A stretch of 58,240 nucleotides of DNA, taken from positions 1 through 58,240 of IMG/VR virus record IMGVR_UViG_3300046167_000591; one strand, given 5' to 3'. This document shows positions 58,120 through 58,240 of the stretch, in pieces. The notes beneath the pieces were generated by a model. That model was not told the DNA's origin. It was given only the letters and a program-made list of their open reading frames with translations, and ran no database searches. The translations under genes and the position numbers were made by a program. Source of the stretch: a virus (taxonomy: Duplodnaviria > Caudoviricetes). Position 1 is the stretch's first letter. Each line of letters starts with the position of its first letter.

Positions 58120-58240
58120 ATGGCAGTAAACGTAAATACAGTATACAAAACAGTCCTTTACATACTTAATAAAGAACAAAGAGGATATATTACACCTGAT
58201 GAATTTAACAACATTGCTACTCAGGTGCAGTTAGATATAT
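58120..58240 (+). CDS. N-terminus of the head-tail/ring protein that continues at base 1
   Basis: 40 codons plus 1 nt, in frame with bases 1-535. Confidence 0.8.
   Translation, partial: MAVNVNTVYKTVLYILNKEQRGYITPDEFNNIATQVQLDI

Larger units (their letters stand above)
1..58240. other. Complete circularly permuted genome of a crAss-like, Bacteroidota-type podovirus
   Basis: TerL-portal-scaffold-MCP-tail-giant protein gene order. The ORF at 58120 (MAVNVNTVYKTVLYILNKEQRGYITPDEFNNIATQVQLDI) joins in frame to base 1 (FNSYFPDADQ...). No integrase recognised. Confidence 0.88.

Noticed and set aside
1-58240. Stop-codon reassignment, as in some crAss-like phages
   Set aside because: Long ORFs are intact under code 11, TAG and TGA both end genes normally, the breaks are frame changes, and no suppressor tRNA was seen.

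Overview
The window appears to be a complete, circularly permuted ~58.2 kb genome of a lytic, podovirus-like dsDNA phage with a crAss-like structural module. The reading frame starting at 58120 continues in frame into base 1. The probable host is Bacteroidota/Flavobacteria, inferred from the low GC and A-rich, Shine-Dalgarno-less start regions. There are two arms. The + arm (40.7 kb to the end, then 1 to 20.4 kb) carries a tail fibre, GroEL/GroES, terminase, portal, capsid, tail, three putative ejection proteins and lysis genes. The - arm (40.1 kb down to 20.5 kb) carries small early genes, a sigma factor, ERF/exonuclease/SSB/primase-helicase, ThyA, MazG, endonuclease I and class Ia RNR. I recognised no DNA polymerase, RNA polymerase, integrase, tRNA or CRISPR array. 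Many single-base frameshifts look like read or assembly errors. Most notable: (1) eleven copies of a 32-bp non-host-type motif in front of the early genes; (2) a 2795-aa putative virion protein with a HExxH zincin, a sigma-like segment and a HAD domain separated by recurring K[DE]L motifs, which together with (1) suggests an injected, self-processed sigma factor; (3) a second sigma gene and a separate AAACACGTAA late-arm motif; (4) a ~10-bp-phased ACGTA array at the strand switch; (5) three 48-49-bp spaced palindromes, one covering the start codon of an HTH/initiator-like gene; (6) a perfect 38-bp inverted copy of one gene inserted into another. All functional calls come from reading motifs by eye; no database search was run.
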